Shown in pieces: positions 1-10,467 of a stretch of 64,000 bases of DNA. Each line of letters starts with the position of its first letter. The first letter of the stretch is position 1. The stretch comes from Ignavibacteriota bacterium (lineage in GTDB: Bacteria; Bacteroidota; Ignavibacteria; UBA10030), in contig OY969585.1 in NCBI GenBank assembly GCA_963701295.1, forward strand, positions 736,001-800,000, in the 5' to 3' direction. A program made the position numbers and the translations under genes. The notes beneath the pieces were generated by a model, which did not search any database, had not been told where the DNA came from, and saw nothing but the letters and a program-made list of their open reading frames with translations.

Positions 1-2
1 CG

Positions 3-806
3 CAAGTATGTATCATTAGTGGAGATGATGGACAACTGCAGCAGTCACTTCTCAACCTACTCATCAATGCCCGCGATGCAATGCCAGACGGTGGTACTAT
101 TACGGTACAGAGTCAAAAAAAGCACTTTGAGGAAGACACTACTGGTGCAGTGGAAATTCTGAAAGGTGATTACATTGCTATCTCTGTTATTGATACCGGT
201 ATTGGGATGGATAAGGACATTCAACAGCATATCTTTGAGCCATTTTTCACAACGAAAGATCGAGGGAAAGGAACAGGACTTGGACTTTCTGTTGTATATG
301 GTGTTGTAAACTCTCATAATGGTTTCATTTCGGTTCAAAGCGAACCCATGCATGGCACTCAATTTACCATGCACTTTCCCATATTGCCTGCATCAGAAAA
401 TCTGCGGAGCAGCATCCGGCATTCAAAACTCGAACGAGGCACTGAACAAATCATTATTATCGATGATGAAAAGGATGTTGCGGGTGTCATTGGCGGGATG
501 CTTGAAAGCCTGGGGTATCATATAACAATTGTTGACAGCGGGCGAAAAGCAATTAATCTCTTCAAGAAGAAAAAGAGATTCGACGTTGTCATCCTTGATC
601 TCAACATGCCAAAAATGAGCGGGAAAGAAACCTTTGAGAAATTGAAGGAAATTGATCCGAAGATTCCAGTGATCATCTCCACCGGATATAGTGATCGAGA
701 CATGGATGTCTCCCAATGGCGAGATATGGTCGATGCATTCCTCCAAAAGCCCTACCCGATTGAAGAACTCTCCAAAGCAATCCGTCTGATATTGGATAAC
801 AAATAA
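3..806 (+). CDS. Hybrid sensor histidine kinase/response regulator, C-terminal part (5' truncated by window edge)
   Basis: Frame open from position 3: N-box QSLLNLLINARDAM, G1 DTGIGM, F-box IFEPFFTTK, G2 GTGLGL, then receiver domain (IIDDE, VILDLNMPKMSG, FLQKPY). Confidence 0.95.
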   Translation, partial: QVCIISGDDGQLQQSLLNLLINARDAMPDGGTITVQSQKKHFEEDTTGAVEILKGDYIAISVIDTGIGMDKDIQQHIFEPFFTTKDRGKGTGLGLSVVYGVVNSHNGFISVQSEPMHGTQFTMHFPILPASENLRSSIRHSKLERGTEQIIIIDDEKDVAGVIGGMLESLGYHITIVDSGRKAINLFKKKKRFDVVILDLNMPKMSGKETFEKLKEIDPKIPVIISTGYSDRDMDVSQWRDMVDAFLQKPYPIEELSKAIRLILDNK

Positions 807-1096
807 GAAAAACCTGCTCACAGAACGCAATAAGTTCATGTTCCTTTTTTCTGTACAAAGTAATTACATGATTGAGAGGATTCAATGCGGATGAATCAGT
901 ACTACGAGTAAGGAGTCACCACAATGTTACAATTTCTATATTCGATTGGAATTGTTTCTAACGTTGATTATATAAGCCATTGTAGTTAGAAAAGTCTCTT
1001 GAGAGTAATGAGTTAAAACTCGTGGATATCCAACTATAACCGGAAGCCTGAGTCGACCACTGATAATTACGGAGTGAACCTTTGCAAATGGCACAC

Positions 1097-1803
1097 TCAC
1101 TTCCCTGTCAACCTAAATTGGAACGGTATCGATACCCACACAGTCACTGGTTTTCCTTGCATAAGTGCCGGAGTAAAGACCCATTTTTGAGCAGCCGCAA
1201 GAGCTGATTCAGTAAAAACTTCATCGCTTGTTTTCCCGAGCAATGCCTTTTTAACTTTTCCATCTTTATTAAGCAGTACCTGAACAATGACTGTTCCTTC
1301 TATTCCGGCACGTTTAGCAATATCTGGATATTCTGGAACTGCTCTGAAAATGATCATAGGCTCACACTCGGTTGGATGGTACTCAGTGGATAGCGGATCC
1401 TGATCTTTAATTTTGAGATCGACATTTTCAGAGACATCGCCTACTTGTTCCCACCCACGATCTGCTTGACGAGCCAAGTCTTCTTGACCAGCAAATAGTA
1501 TTTCCGGTTTCACATCACAATCAGGTATTGGAACCGGTACTCCAAAAGATAATTTTGCCGGTATGTGCAGAATGGCTGAAAATGCAGTGGGTGGATGAAT
1601 TGGGGGTGGAAGAAACATGTTGGATCAATAAGAATTGTTCTTTTGGGAGGATCAATCGGCTTTAACCATTCAGCAAGATGGTAGGCACCAATCACCATTA
1701 TCTGAACCGTAATGGCAATCAACATTGCCAGCATCATATAGCGATGATGAACTTGGCGAAGTTCCAGATATCCGTATGGGGTCGGGGCAATGAGCGTTTT
1801 CAT
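1097..1803 (-). CDS. tonB: Energy transducer TonB, split by a frameshift near 1620
   Basis: ORF 1510..1803 gives the N-terminal TM anchor (RBS GGAGAG). ORF 1097..1618 gives the Pro-rich linker and TonB_C (PEYPDIAKRAGIEGTVIVQV...WVFTPA...IPFQF). One extra base near 1620 joins them. Confidence 0.85.
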
Positions 1804-1910
1804 AACAGTCTCTCCTTTCCTATTTGAATGTGGACTTGATTGTTTGTATCATTTCGCTGCAATCTCCATTCACCTTCTTCTTATGAATGACATAAACAGA
1901 CGAAAGGTAA

Positions 1911-2495
1911 ATGCAAACACCTTTATTTTTTCTCAATAATGACTCGAAACTGCTGGATGCGTTACGAAACGGCAATGATCAAGTATTGGTGGAGCTTTTT
2001 CAGAAGAATCGTCGGTCCATCACCTCTCTTGTTCTAAGAAATCAAGGTACGGAGGATGACGCAGAAGATATTCTTCAAGAAGCATTGGTGGTACTCTGGG
2101 AGAAAATCCGCAGCGGTTCATTCGAATATCAGGCAAAAATGAGCACGTATATCTATGCTACAGCAAAAAACATATGGTTTCGGCGCTTGGCACGGCGACG
2201 GCGGGAAGTTCCTGCAACCAATGAAGCCTTTGAAGTGGCAGCGGAAGATACAACGCCTCAGGAAGAATTGGAGGAAAACGAGCGTATTACCGCTGTTCAA
2301 CATGCGCTGGAACAGATCGGAAATCCCTGCCGTAATATCCTTCTTCTTTATTATTGGGAGGAACAATCGATGGAAGAAATTGCATTAAAACTCGGTTTTG
2401 CAAATGCTGATACAGTGAAATCAAAAAAATATCAATGCAAGAAAATGCTGGGACGGCTCGTGAAAAAAGTGCTTGGAGGTAACAGCGAGCAATGA
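1911..2495 (+). CDS. ECF RNA polymerase sigma factor
   Basis: Region 2 (DDAEDILQEAL...STYIYATAKNIW) and region 4 (SMEEIALKLGFANADTVKSKKYQC). Confidence 0.93.
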   Translation: MQTPLFFLNNDSKLLDALRNGNDQVLVELFQKNRRSITSLVLRNQGTEDDAEDILQEALVVLWEKIRSGSFEYQAKMSTYIYATAKNIWFRRLARRRREVPATNEAFEVAAEDTTPQEELEENERITAVQHALEQIGNPCRNILLLYYWEEQSMEEIALKLGFANADTVKSKKYQCKKMLGRLVKKVLGGNSEQ

Positions 2496-3226
2496 AGGAA
2501 AAGAATTCGCAGCACTGGGCATCTGACCCGGAAAAAGTTGAAGCGTTTGTCCTTCATCGGATTAATGAATCGGAAAGAGTCTCCTGTACCACACACTTGA
2601 ATCAATGCGAAGGATGCCGTCGCGCTGTACAAGAAGAACGAGAACTTGTTGCGGGGATACGATATGTCGGCCGCAAAGAAATGAAACTTCGGCTGAAGCA
2701 ATGGATACAACATGATCAAGGAACACGATTTGATTGGACGCAAATAGCAAGCCTCGCTGCGGCAATTGTACTTATGCTCGGTGCGGTGTTTACCATCAGA
2801 TGGTTTACTGATTTTAATCAAATCAAAACACGGTTGCATGAAATTGTTCTTAAGAGCGATAATTCTTCACAGCGTTCAACATGGATAATCGGAAAAGTTG
2901 TAGAACAAAAAAGAGTTTTTCGAGGAACAATTTTAAAAAACAGTTCTTTGTTTATTCTTAAACAAGGAAATGTGACACGGACTGTTTCCATTCGGAGTGC
3001 TCTGACTGCCGAGCTTCCTTTAACAATGAGAACATCTGATGAATCGAATCTTCAAACGTTGTTCGAGCGAACCCCAGATGGTTTGCAACTAACCATTTAT
3101 TCAATTCCTGCATCAAATTCTGCTATAACTGGGATCGAAGCAGTAACAGCAGATTCGCTTATCGTGTATTTCCAGGGTCAACAGATTGCATATCATATCC
3201 CAGGCGGTTGGGCTGGAAAGATATAA
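2492..3226 (+). CDS. Membrane-anchored zinc-finger (HxxxCxxC) anti-sigma factor
   Basis: HLNQCEGC motif, one TM helix (IASLAAAIVLMLGAVF), ATGA overlap with the sigma gene. Confidence 0.8.
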   Translation: MKEKNSQHWASDPEKVEAFVLHRINESERVSCTTHLNQCEGCRRAVQEERELVAGIRYVGRKEMKLRLKQWIQHDQGTRFDWTQIASLAAAIVLMLGAVFTIRWFTDFNQIKTRLHEIVLKSDNSSQRSTWIIGKVVEQKRVFRGTILKNSSLFILKQGNVTRTVSIRSALTAELPLTMRTSDESNLQTLFERTPDGLQLTIYSIPASNSAITGIEAVTADSLIVYFQGQQIAYHIPGGWAGKI

Positions 3227-3233
3227 GAAACAC

Positions 3234-3267
3234 AAAGCCCGATTCCGTTTTCGCAGAACCAGGCTTT
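3234..3267 (-). terminator. Intrinsic terminator after the cyclase (between convergent genes)
   Basis: Minus strand AAAGCCUGGUUCUG-CGAAAA-CGGAAUCGGGCUUU stem (with G-U pairs) followed by GUGUUUCUU. Confidence 0.65.
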
Positions 3268-3299
3268 CTCAACTTTTCATAGTACTCATGTACTCAAAA

Positions 3300-5504
3300 T
3301 CATTTCGAAGTCATGACAAAGATACCGTTCCAATCATCCGGTGGCGGAGTCAATTTGTACAGGCTCGCACGTTCGGAATAAATCTGTGCGGCATAACAGG
3401 TTTCGTCGAGCGAATACGCTTGCTGCATGTAAGCATTCGCTTCTTCCCATTGACGTGCACGGTAGAGTCTCAACCCCTCGTTATACAACTCTAAAGATTG
3501 CCGCTTGCTGTTCGTCATCTCCATCTTGGCAGTTCCGAGTAGTTCATACACTTTCACCGGTTCATTTTTACCTTTTACCTGAATCAAATCAAGCTCTCGT
3601 ACAACTACTTTTTCTTTAACGTGTGTATATGTAAAATCACTGATCATAATATTCGACTTGTATTGCTTATTGGCGCCTTCGAGACGCGAGGCGAGGTTCA
3701 CACTGTCGCCGATTACGGTGTAGTCGAATCGATCTTTGCCACCCATATTTCCGACGATCATAACGCCGGTGTTGATCCCCATACGCATCGTGAGCGCTGG
3801 TTTCCCCTCCTTGGTCCATTTGATTCGAAGCACTTCTAACCGTTTTTGCATATCCAACGCTGCAAGGCATGTGCGAAGGGCATGGTCTTTCTGAGGAAGC
3901 GGAGCGCCCCAGAACGCCATGATCGCGTCGCCTTCATACTTATCCAATGTTCCTTCGTACTTCAGCACCAGGCGGGTCATCTCATCCAGAAATTCATTAA
4001 GCAACGCTACCAATCCTTCTGGCTTGCTATGATACTGTTCGGAAATGTTTGTAAAGTTTGCAATATCAGAGAAGAACACCGTCAGTTCACAGCGATCGCC
4101 TCCTAATTTTGCTTTCTCCGGATTCGCAACTAATTCATTCACGACTGCCGGATTGATATAGTGACCGAACATATTTTTGATGACAGCTTTTTGCTGGCGC
4201 TCCGTCAAGTACTGATATACCGCCGTGCCGAAGTACGCAAGCACGATCGCAAAGCTTGGATTCACTACATTCATCAACACATTACCATTGATAAAGGTTA
4301 TGATAGAAATTTCGAATACCGCACCGATGAGCAGGACCGTGAGCAAGAACGTACCAATCTCCATCAGCCAGACATGTCGTATATGAATCTGCTTTAACGC
4401 CAACAAACCGATGAAGACAAAGACCGAGAGGAATATAATTATGATACTTTCAATGATGGGATCCATTGTTGAAATAAAATTTTTATCGATCACGTTTTGA
4501 ATAGCGGTAGCGTGAATCTCGACACCATTCATCGCATAATTATTCTTTCCTCCTTCTTCTATGTACAACGGAATATTATGGAAATCGCGCTCATCCGGCA
4601 TCACAGAGCCGATCAATACAATTTTATTCCTGAACTTACTCATCATCTCTTCGTCGAACAGGTTAAGATCCGTTTCGTATTGGATCTCGTCCTTCGTTTT
4701 AAACGATGAATCGTCTATGACTTTTGAGAAATCGTAATAGGGGAATGATTTTACTGGACCATAGTAGTTAAGCAAAAATGTAGAGCTTTGATATCGTGGA
4801 ATAGAACGGTCTCGGTAATCAAAGAATTGATCTGTTAAGCCAACGCATGTCTCTGGCTTTAATTTGTAAACTCGATTGAGAGCTGCAAACGCGAGTGATG
4901 GAGTTAAATATCCCTTCACATCGAGCATTGGAAAATAGGAACGACAGACATCATCGTGGTCTTTATAAATATTCACAATTCCGATGCTTTTATCGACATC
5001 ATAGAAGATATTTCCATATGATCGTTCGGTAGCGCGTACATAGTATTTTTCACTCGTACCGCCGGTCTGGACTTTTGCGGCAAGCACAACATTATCATAT
5101 TTTTTTAATGCAGCCCTCATGCTGCTGTCTCCGGCGGCATCCTTAATAGATTCGAAGGTCAAATCAAACACAATGACTTTTGCTCCCGCCCTATTCAGGT
5201 TCTCAATAATATGGGCATAATACGACCGGGGGAATGGAAACGGTTCCGGTAACGCTACAAGATCCTCGTCGGAGATCCCGATGATCACGACATTACCATC
5301 CTTACTGAGATCGCGCCTCTGTTCTTCGCGTTCGTACTTACTCTGGTAGCGAAAATCAATCGTCAACAGATCGATGTTTTTCAAAAAGTTCAATTCGAAA
5401 AACCATCCTTGCCCGAGAACGACAACGAACACACCGATACCCAATCCGATTGCAACCTTTATAAGAAGGGGCAGAATTTTTTTCTTGAATTCATAGGAAG
5501 CCAT
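3300..5504 (-). CDS. CHASE2-domain class III adenylate cyclase
   Basis: CHASE2 motifs (VVIIGISDE, FPFPRSYYA, KIVLIG, MNGVEIHA), 3 TM helices, cyclase motifs FSDIANFT, DKYEGDAIM, RFDYTVIGDSVNLASRLE (K/D pair indicates ATP), TPR-like tail. Start moved to ATG 5504 (RBS AAAGGA). Confidence 0.95.
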   Translation of the reverse strand: MASYEFKKKILPLLIKVAIGLGIGVFVVVLGQGWFFELNFLKNIDLLTIDFRYQSKYEREEQRRDLSKDGNVVIIGISDEDLVALPEPFPFPRSYYAHIIENLNRAGAKVIVFDLTFESIKDAAGDSSMRAALKKYDNVVLAAKVQTGGTSEKYYVRATERSYGNIFYDVDKSIGIVNIYKDHDDVCRSYFPMLDVKGYLTPSLAFAALNRVYKLKPETCVGLTDQFFDYRDRSIPRYQSSTFLLNYYGPVKSFPYYDFSKVIDDSSFKTKDEIQYETDLNLFDEEMMSKFRNKIVLIGSVMPDERDFHNIPLYIEEGGKNNYAMNGVEIHATAIQNVIDKNFISTMDPIIESIIIIFLSVFVFIGLLALKQIHIRHVWLMEIGTFLLTVLLIGAVFEISIITFINGNVLMNVVNPSFAIVLAYFGTAVYQYLTERQQKAVIKNMFGHYINPAVVNELVANPEKAKLGGDRCELTVFFSDIANFTNISEQYHSKPEGLVALLNEFLDEMTRLVLKYEGTLDKYEGDAIMAFWGAPLPQKDHALRTCLAALDMQKRLEVLRIKWTKEGKPALTMRMGINTGVMIVGNMGGKDRFDYTVIGDSVNLASRLEGANKQYKSNIMISDFTYTHVKEKVVVRELDLIQVKGKNEPVKVYELLGTAKMEMTNSKRQSLELYNEGLRLYRARQWEEANAYMQQAYSLDETCYAAQIYSERASLYKLTPPPDDWNGIFVMTSK

Positions 5505-5597
5505 AATTCTGATTCCTTTTGAGATGAACGGGAGGAAAAGCTTCGTGTCTCTTCGCAAAAGAATAGACACGAAGTCCTCGTTATTTCACTTGGTCCG

Positions 5598-8082
5598 TCA
5601 GAACATAAATCGATATAAGATGCTAAAGACTACATCACTTGCGTTGTCCGAATTCTTGATAAAATCGAACTGGCTGACGAGATAATGATTTTCCCTTACC
5701 TGATACTCGGCGCCAGCTTGCAGAAGAAGCCGTTTAAAATCACCGAACGATGGGGCCACCGTTGCCAGCAGATTAAGCCGATCATGCATTATCCGATATC
5801 GTGCACCAAGTGAAATAGTTTGATAATTGAACATCTGTTTCTGTGTTGTATTTAAATATACTTGTTGCACTGAATCCCATGCAGAATACGAGGCAGTATG
5901 ACTCACAATGACTCCAATGGTTGTTTGCAGCGGAATAGAAAAGAACGAAGAGATCATTGTAGAAAAGTTAATATTGTCTTGATCACGCTTGTAAAATGTA
6001 TTGTCTTTTTTGTTTGCTATACTGACGGATGCCGTTAGGCTATTCCGTACAACCATCTGAAAATCGTAATTCATGGCAATAAAAAATCGGTCGGTCTTTT
6101 CTGAAGCAATGCTGAGTGAATCGATTTGTGTTGTATCGATAGATAGATCGATAGGGTTCTTTCGGGTATTCAGACCATACCCAATGGTGAACGATGGAAG
6201 CTCTGCACTTGGATACGCTGTTATAGATGTATTCAATGTATTGTACGTTGTTGTCGGTGTAAGTGCATCATTCTGCGTGTTATTGCTTTTGGTTTCGTAC
6301 GAAGCGCTCGCCATGATTTTATTGTTGAACATCCGAACACGATCGGAGATATTGATGCCGGCAATATCGTTCTGAACAAAATCATTGCCAAACGATGTAT
6401 ATGAAATACCTCTCCGGAACACCATGGCGCGAAGATAATTGTTCAAGTAATTCAAGGAAAGTTCCGATTCGAACGCAAGCGACGGCATTCCTTTTATCGG
6501 GTTCAGTGGCGACAGACCAGAATTAATAGTAATAATGGAACGTACGATCTTAGCAACCTTTTTTAAATCATCGGCTTCTTTCTTGGCATCCTCAATTTGC
6601 TCGGGTGTTTTCGTTGGATCATTGACACCTTCAAATTCATCAATCTCTTCATCAGTATAGCTGCCTGGTGAAATATCGTTGTTCTCAAGACTAAATACTG
6701 CCTGGCTTGCCCACCTCACCTTCTGATTATCAAATGCAAGCAGCAAATCAGCGCCTGCTACAACATTCTCCTTCGGATACGTTCCATAAGTAATAGAACC
6801 TTCATCATCTTTCGCTTTCATATAAGTGAGACCGAATTGGAAGTTTTCTCCGCTGCCAAAGCTTGGACGTATGGCTAAAAAGTTGCGCGCATATGCGCCA
6901 GAATTAAAGAGTCGGTACCTGAAGTCCGCCGAGCGGTATTGCTTCGTTCGGATGTGCGGCTGCTGAAGAAGAATCGGCATACACTGTATCTCGAATGTTC
7001 GTGCCCTCGATAGCGCGATCCGTTTTCCCGTACGATACATCAAGATTAAAAAAACCGAGTGTGACTGAACCTGTAATACCACGCACACGTTTGCCGCTCA
7101 CAATGAGCGAAGGAAACTGCGGATACGCATCGCCAATTTGCACTTTTGCATAATCAGCTTCTTGGAATGTTGCAAGAAATCTATCCTGCGGCTGTAAGTA
7201 CGGTTTTTCTTCATTCGTCAAGTGCATATCACCGCTGAAGAGGAAATCTTTATACGAACCTCCTACATGAGCGTCCCCGCGTACATATGTTGTCGTAGCA
7301 GAATCGACCTTCTCGTTCCGGAATTCAGCCTGCGCATTACCGGTATATTGAAGCGAAGATTTTTGTTCTTCTATGGCCGTGGCAGTGGAAAGATTAAAAT
7401 TCTCCTGTTTCGTATAATATATATTTCCCAGCGTATCTTTCAGTTCTATTCTAATTGAGTGTGCACCAAAATTGAGCGGCTTATCAAAATTCTTTGGGCT
7501 GTACAGCAGCACATCGTCTGATAGTAACGCTTCCCTTGTGACATCTGCCCCATCAAGGTAGATGCGAGTACGCTTTTTATCAACGATGTCTGAAGCATAC
7601 ATCAACGATACAGCAACGGCAAGATCTTCTGCCGCGAGTGTCTCACCGGGTTCGGGGCTTAGGAAACGCACTTCAAGATCTTTCACGTCTACTTCTTTGA
7701 CCTGAATTTTTAGCGGATTCGTTTCAGGGTTTTCAGAGGGAAATGTCGCTTGTTTGTTATCGGCAAGTTGCATGCCGATATAATACTCAATGTATGGCGG
7801 TGTCATTGCCTTAGCCGGTATTGTCGCAACTGCGGTGCGCCCGGAGAGGAGCATGTCCGTTTCTTTAAATTCCGACTTTCCAAATTCCCGATAGTGAAGC
7901 ACTACTCTGCGAATCTGAGTATTCTGTGTCAGTTCTACGCTGAGTGAAAGTGGTGTCTTCTCATTGGCTGTCGGTACTTTGACTTCGATAACATATTGGC
8001 TGACCTGCCCATATACAATCGGAAGAAACATCGTAATGAGGAAGAGCGAGAAGACGAGGGTTTTGGAGAGTGTCCTGTTCAT
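5598..8082 (-). CDS. Secreted Ig-domain plus outer-membrane beta-barrel protein, split by a frameshift near 6918
   Basis: Signal peptide from ATG 8082, two Ig-like N-terminal domains, amphipathic beta strands across both ORFs, C-terminal beta-signal (SILYRFMF). ORFs 6904..8196 and 5598..7088 overlap. Confidence 0.78.
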
Positions 8083-8131
8083 ATCAATTACCTTCAATGA
8101 TGTGTACTGCTCGAATTTTTGAATCGAAGAC

Positions 8132-8167
8132 AAAAAGAAACGGCGGGTTATGTTATGCCCGTCGTTC
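8132..8167 (-). terminator. Possible intrinsic terminator/attenuator between the FecR-domain gene and the barrel gene
   Basis: Minus strand ACGACGGG-N10-CCCGCCGT (one mismatch) followed by TTCTTTTT. Confidence 0.5.
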
Positions 8168-8216
8168 AATTTATAAAAAGCATCTATATGAAGCAAGACC
8201 TGAAAAAGTAGTATCT

Positions 8217-9230
8217 TTATTCATTCCATCTTAACACGATTACTTTCTCTTGTAAAGAGCCGGTTTGACCAGGTATGCGAAGTTCGTACTGAACCGCCTC
8301 TACCGGAACAGCGGCTGGTTTTGTTGTTCCATCCTGTGGCACTAGCGTTATAGAGCCATCATTCAGTTTGATAGAGAGATAATATTCAAGTTTTGGATAT
8401 TTTACTTTGTTCGCCGGCAATTGACCCGTTGCAACCTGCCCTGTAATGGTCAAGGGAAGTTCGGTATACGTTTGTTCATTCTGTTTCCGATAAAAGAGGC
8501 TGGCAGCTATTGCTTTTCCTTGAAACGAAGATAAGTTGGCACGCACTGAACCGGTTTGTTTTGATTTAAGTTGACTGAACTCCGGACCAATACCGCCAGA
8601 GTCGATATTTCCTAAGTTTTGGCTCTGTCTTATATTATTTAAAATCAACGCACTCGCTTTGCCGACATTGAATTTGCCGCTACTGTCAGCAACACCAGTT
8701 TGTCCTGCACCAACGGGTCCCTTCTTACCAGATATGGAATTTGTAAATTCGGCAAGACCCTCGGCAATAGTCAAAGAATCTGCTTTGCCGCCGGAAACAT
8801 AACCGCCGAGCGTTCCGCGAATGGACGCAACAGAAATGGGAGATGAGAACCGGAATTGTTCCGTTTCTGCTTTCTTCACATCGAAAATTATATCCCCGCG
8901 ATCCATATGAACACTGCGGCTGAGAATTTCTTTTCCCTTCACTTCACCTTTAATCGTGACAATAGATTTTTCACGGAGAATCAGTTTCGATTGATCCGCA
9001 AAAAGAATCATCGCCAAGGATCCTTTATCCGTTTTCACTTCATAACCGGACTTTAACGTGCTCAATGGAACTGCTTTCTGCCATCCCTTTGTAGGAGATT
9101 TCATGTTTACATCCCGAATGACTTTCACTACGTAGGCAGAGATATCTTTTTTGTCTTGTTTTCCTACTTGCCCCAGTGAAAACATTCCAAGGAATATAAA
9201 AACACCGATTACGATAATCTTCTTTGTCAT
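8217..9230 (-). CDS. Secreted FecR-domain protein with C-terminal Ig-like domain
   Basis: Signal peptide; FecR pattern (LKSGYEVKT...ILFADQSKLILREKS...SPISVASIRGT...IAEG...VGAGQ). Confidence 0.85.
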   Translation of the reverse strand: MTKKIIVIGVFIFLGMFSLGQVGKQDKKDISAYVVKVIRDVNMKSPTKGWQKAVPLSTLKSGYEVKTDKGSLAMILFADQSKLILREKSIVTIKGEVKGKEILSRSVHMDRGDIIFDVKKAETEQFRFSSPISVASIRGTLGGYVSGGKADSLTIAEGLAEFTNSISGKKGPVGAGQTGVADSSGKFNVGKASALILNNIRQSQNLGNIDSGGIGPEFSQLKSKQTGSVRANLSSFQGKAIAASLFYRKQNEQTYTELPLTITGQVATGQLPANKVKYPKLEYYLSIKLNDGSITLVPQDGTTKPAAVPVEAVQYELRIPGQTGSLQEKVIVLRWNE

Positions 9231-9248
9231 GGCCTTCTCCTTTAGCGC

Positions 9249-10376
9249 TTATTGGTTTTCAACACTCAGATCGAGTTTCACATCTTGCTGAGTGGAGAGC
9301 TCTTTCAGCAACACTTGCAGGTCGCTTTCTGAAAGCATAGTACCATTCAATGTAATGTTCCCATAGGGGGACCACGGTATCCATTTCGTTGGTTCTGCTC
9401 GAAGTGTGGAATAGGTTGCTGATGTGTTCCCTGAAACAGAATTTAAAAAGTAATCGAGGATGTTTCCGAGATTATCATTTGTGATCCGAAAAACGACCGG
9501 TTGACTTATGCTTTTCAATGGACCATGAGAAGATGAGACGTTTGCTTCTACTTGAAGAACGTATGCTTTGTCTTGTTGAAGCAGACGTTTAGCATTTGCT
9601 GGATATGTAAGTGTATTTGTTCCAATAACATTTTCTTCTAGACATGGATTACCTCCAGTGAGCACATCTTGAGGCGAGTGATGATTCAATCCTGCTTCAT
9701 AGACACGAACGGTGACATTGGGTTCTGTAGATGTCCAACTGAATGTCGGCGCTAAATTATTGGAGTAACTTCCATTCATGGGGTCATTGATTTCTACAAA
9801 AACTTCATCCACAGATGAATATGGAATGACAATAGTTTTCGAATCTGCTCCATAGACAGCATTCGGATTTGCAACACCCTCCATCACTTTCACTGTGATG
9901 TAATAGGTTCCTGGAGGTGCCGTACCAGTGGTTTGTGCAAAATCTGTTATCCTTTTCTTGAGATCCGAATTCTCGATTGAGTTCCCGGAAAGTGGATAGA
10001 GTACAGCACTTCCAGGTATTACAAAGTCAAGTGCAGTAAGCGTACGCCTTCCGGTAAAGTCGAAGGGGTTTGAAAGTCCTTCTAACAATTGCCCTGGATG
10101 AGCATCACCCCGCAGCTGAACGAGCACTTTCATATAGATGCGGATTTGTAGGTGCGGAATTTGTTGCGCTCCAACAAGATCCACAGAAAATCCAGAGACG
10201 GCAGAATTCAACTTCTGTGTCTTCGCATTAATAAGATCGGTAAGATAAAGAATATCATACTCATTGATGTTGATTGTAGTAGTTATTGTGTTCTGAGCAT
10301 CTGCTCGCGCGAACCACGGTCCTAAGGCGAGCACAGTGAATATGAACACAAGTAATTTCATACGGATGCTTTTCAT
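9249..10376 (-). CDS. Secreted hypothetical protein with Fn3/Ig-like module
   Basis: Signal peptide ending ARADA, RBS GGAG; pattern PMNGS...PTFSW...LTYP...LQQDKAYVLQVEA...SQPVVF. Confidence 0.75.
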   Translation of the reverse strand: MKSIRMKLLVFIFTVLALGPWFARADAQNTITTTININEYDILYLTDLINAKTQKLNSAVSGFSVDLVGAQQIPHLQIRIYMKVLVQLRGDAHPGQLLEGLSNPFDFTGRRTLTALDFVIPGSAVLYPLSGNSIENSDLKKRITDFAQTTGTAPPGTYYITVKVMEGVANPNAVYGADSKTIVIPYSSVDEVFVEINDPMNGSYSNNLAPTFSWTSTEPNVTVRVYEAGLNHHSPQDVLTGGNPCLEENVIGTNTLTYPANAKRLLQQDKAYVLQVEANVSSSHGPLKSISQPVVFRITNDNLGNILDYFLNSVSGNTSATYSTLRAEPTKWIPWSPYGNITLNGTMLSESDLQVLLKELSTQQDVKLDLSVENQ

Positions 10377-10467
10377 AGCCTAGAACTCCTTTGGATTATT
10401 GATTTGCCAACTTCATATTAATCGATGAAGCGATAATTCATGTTGACAACTATCACAGCGAGGTGTC

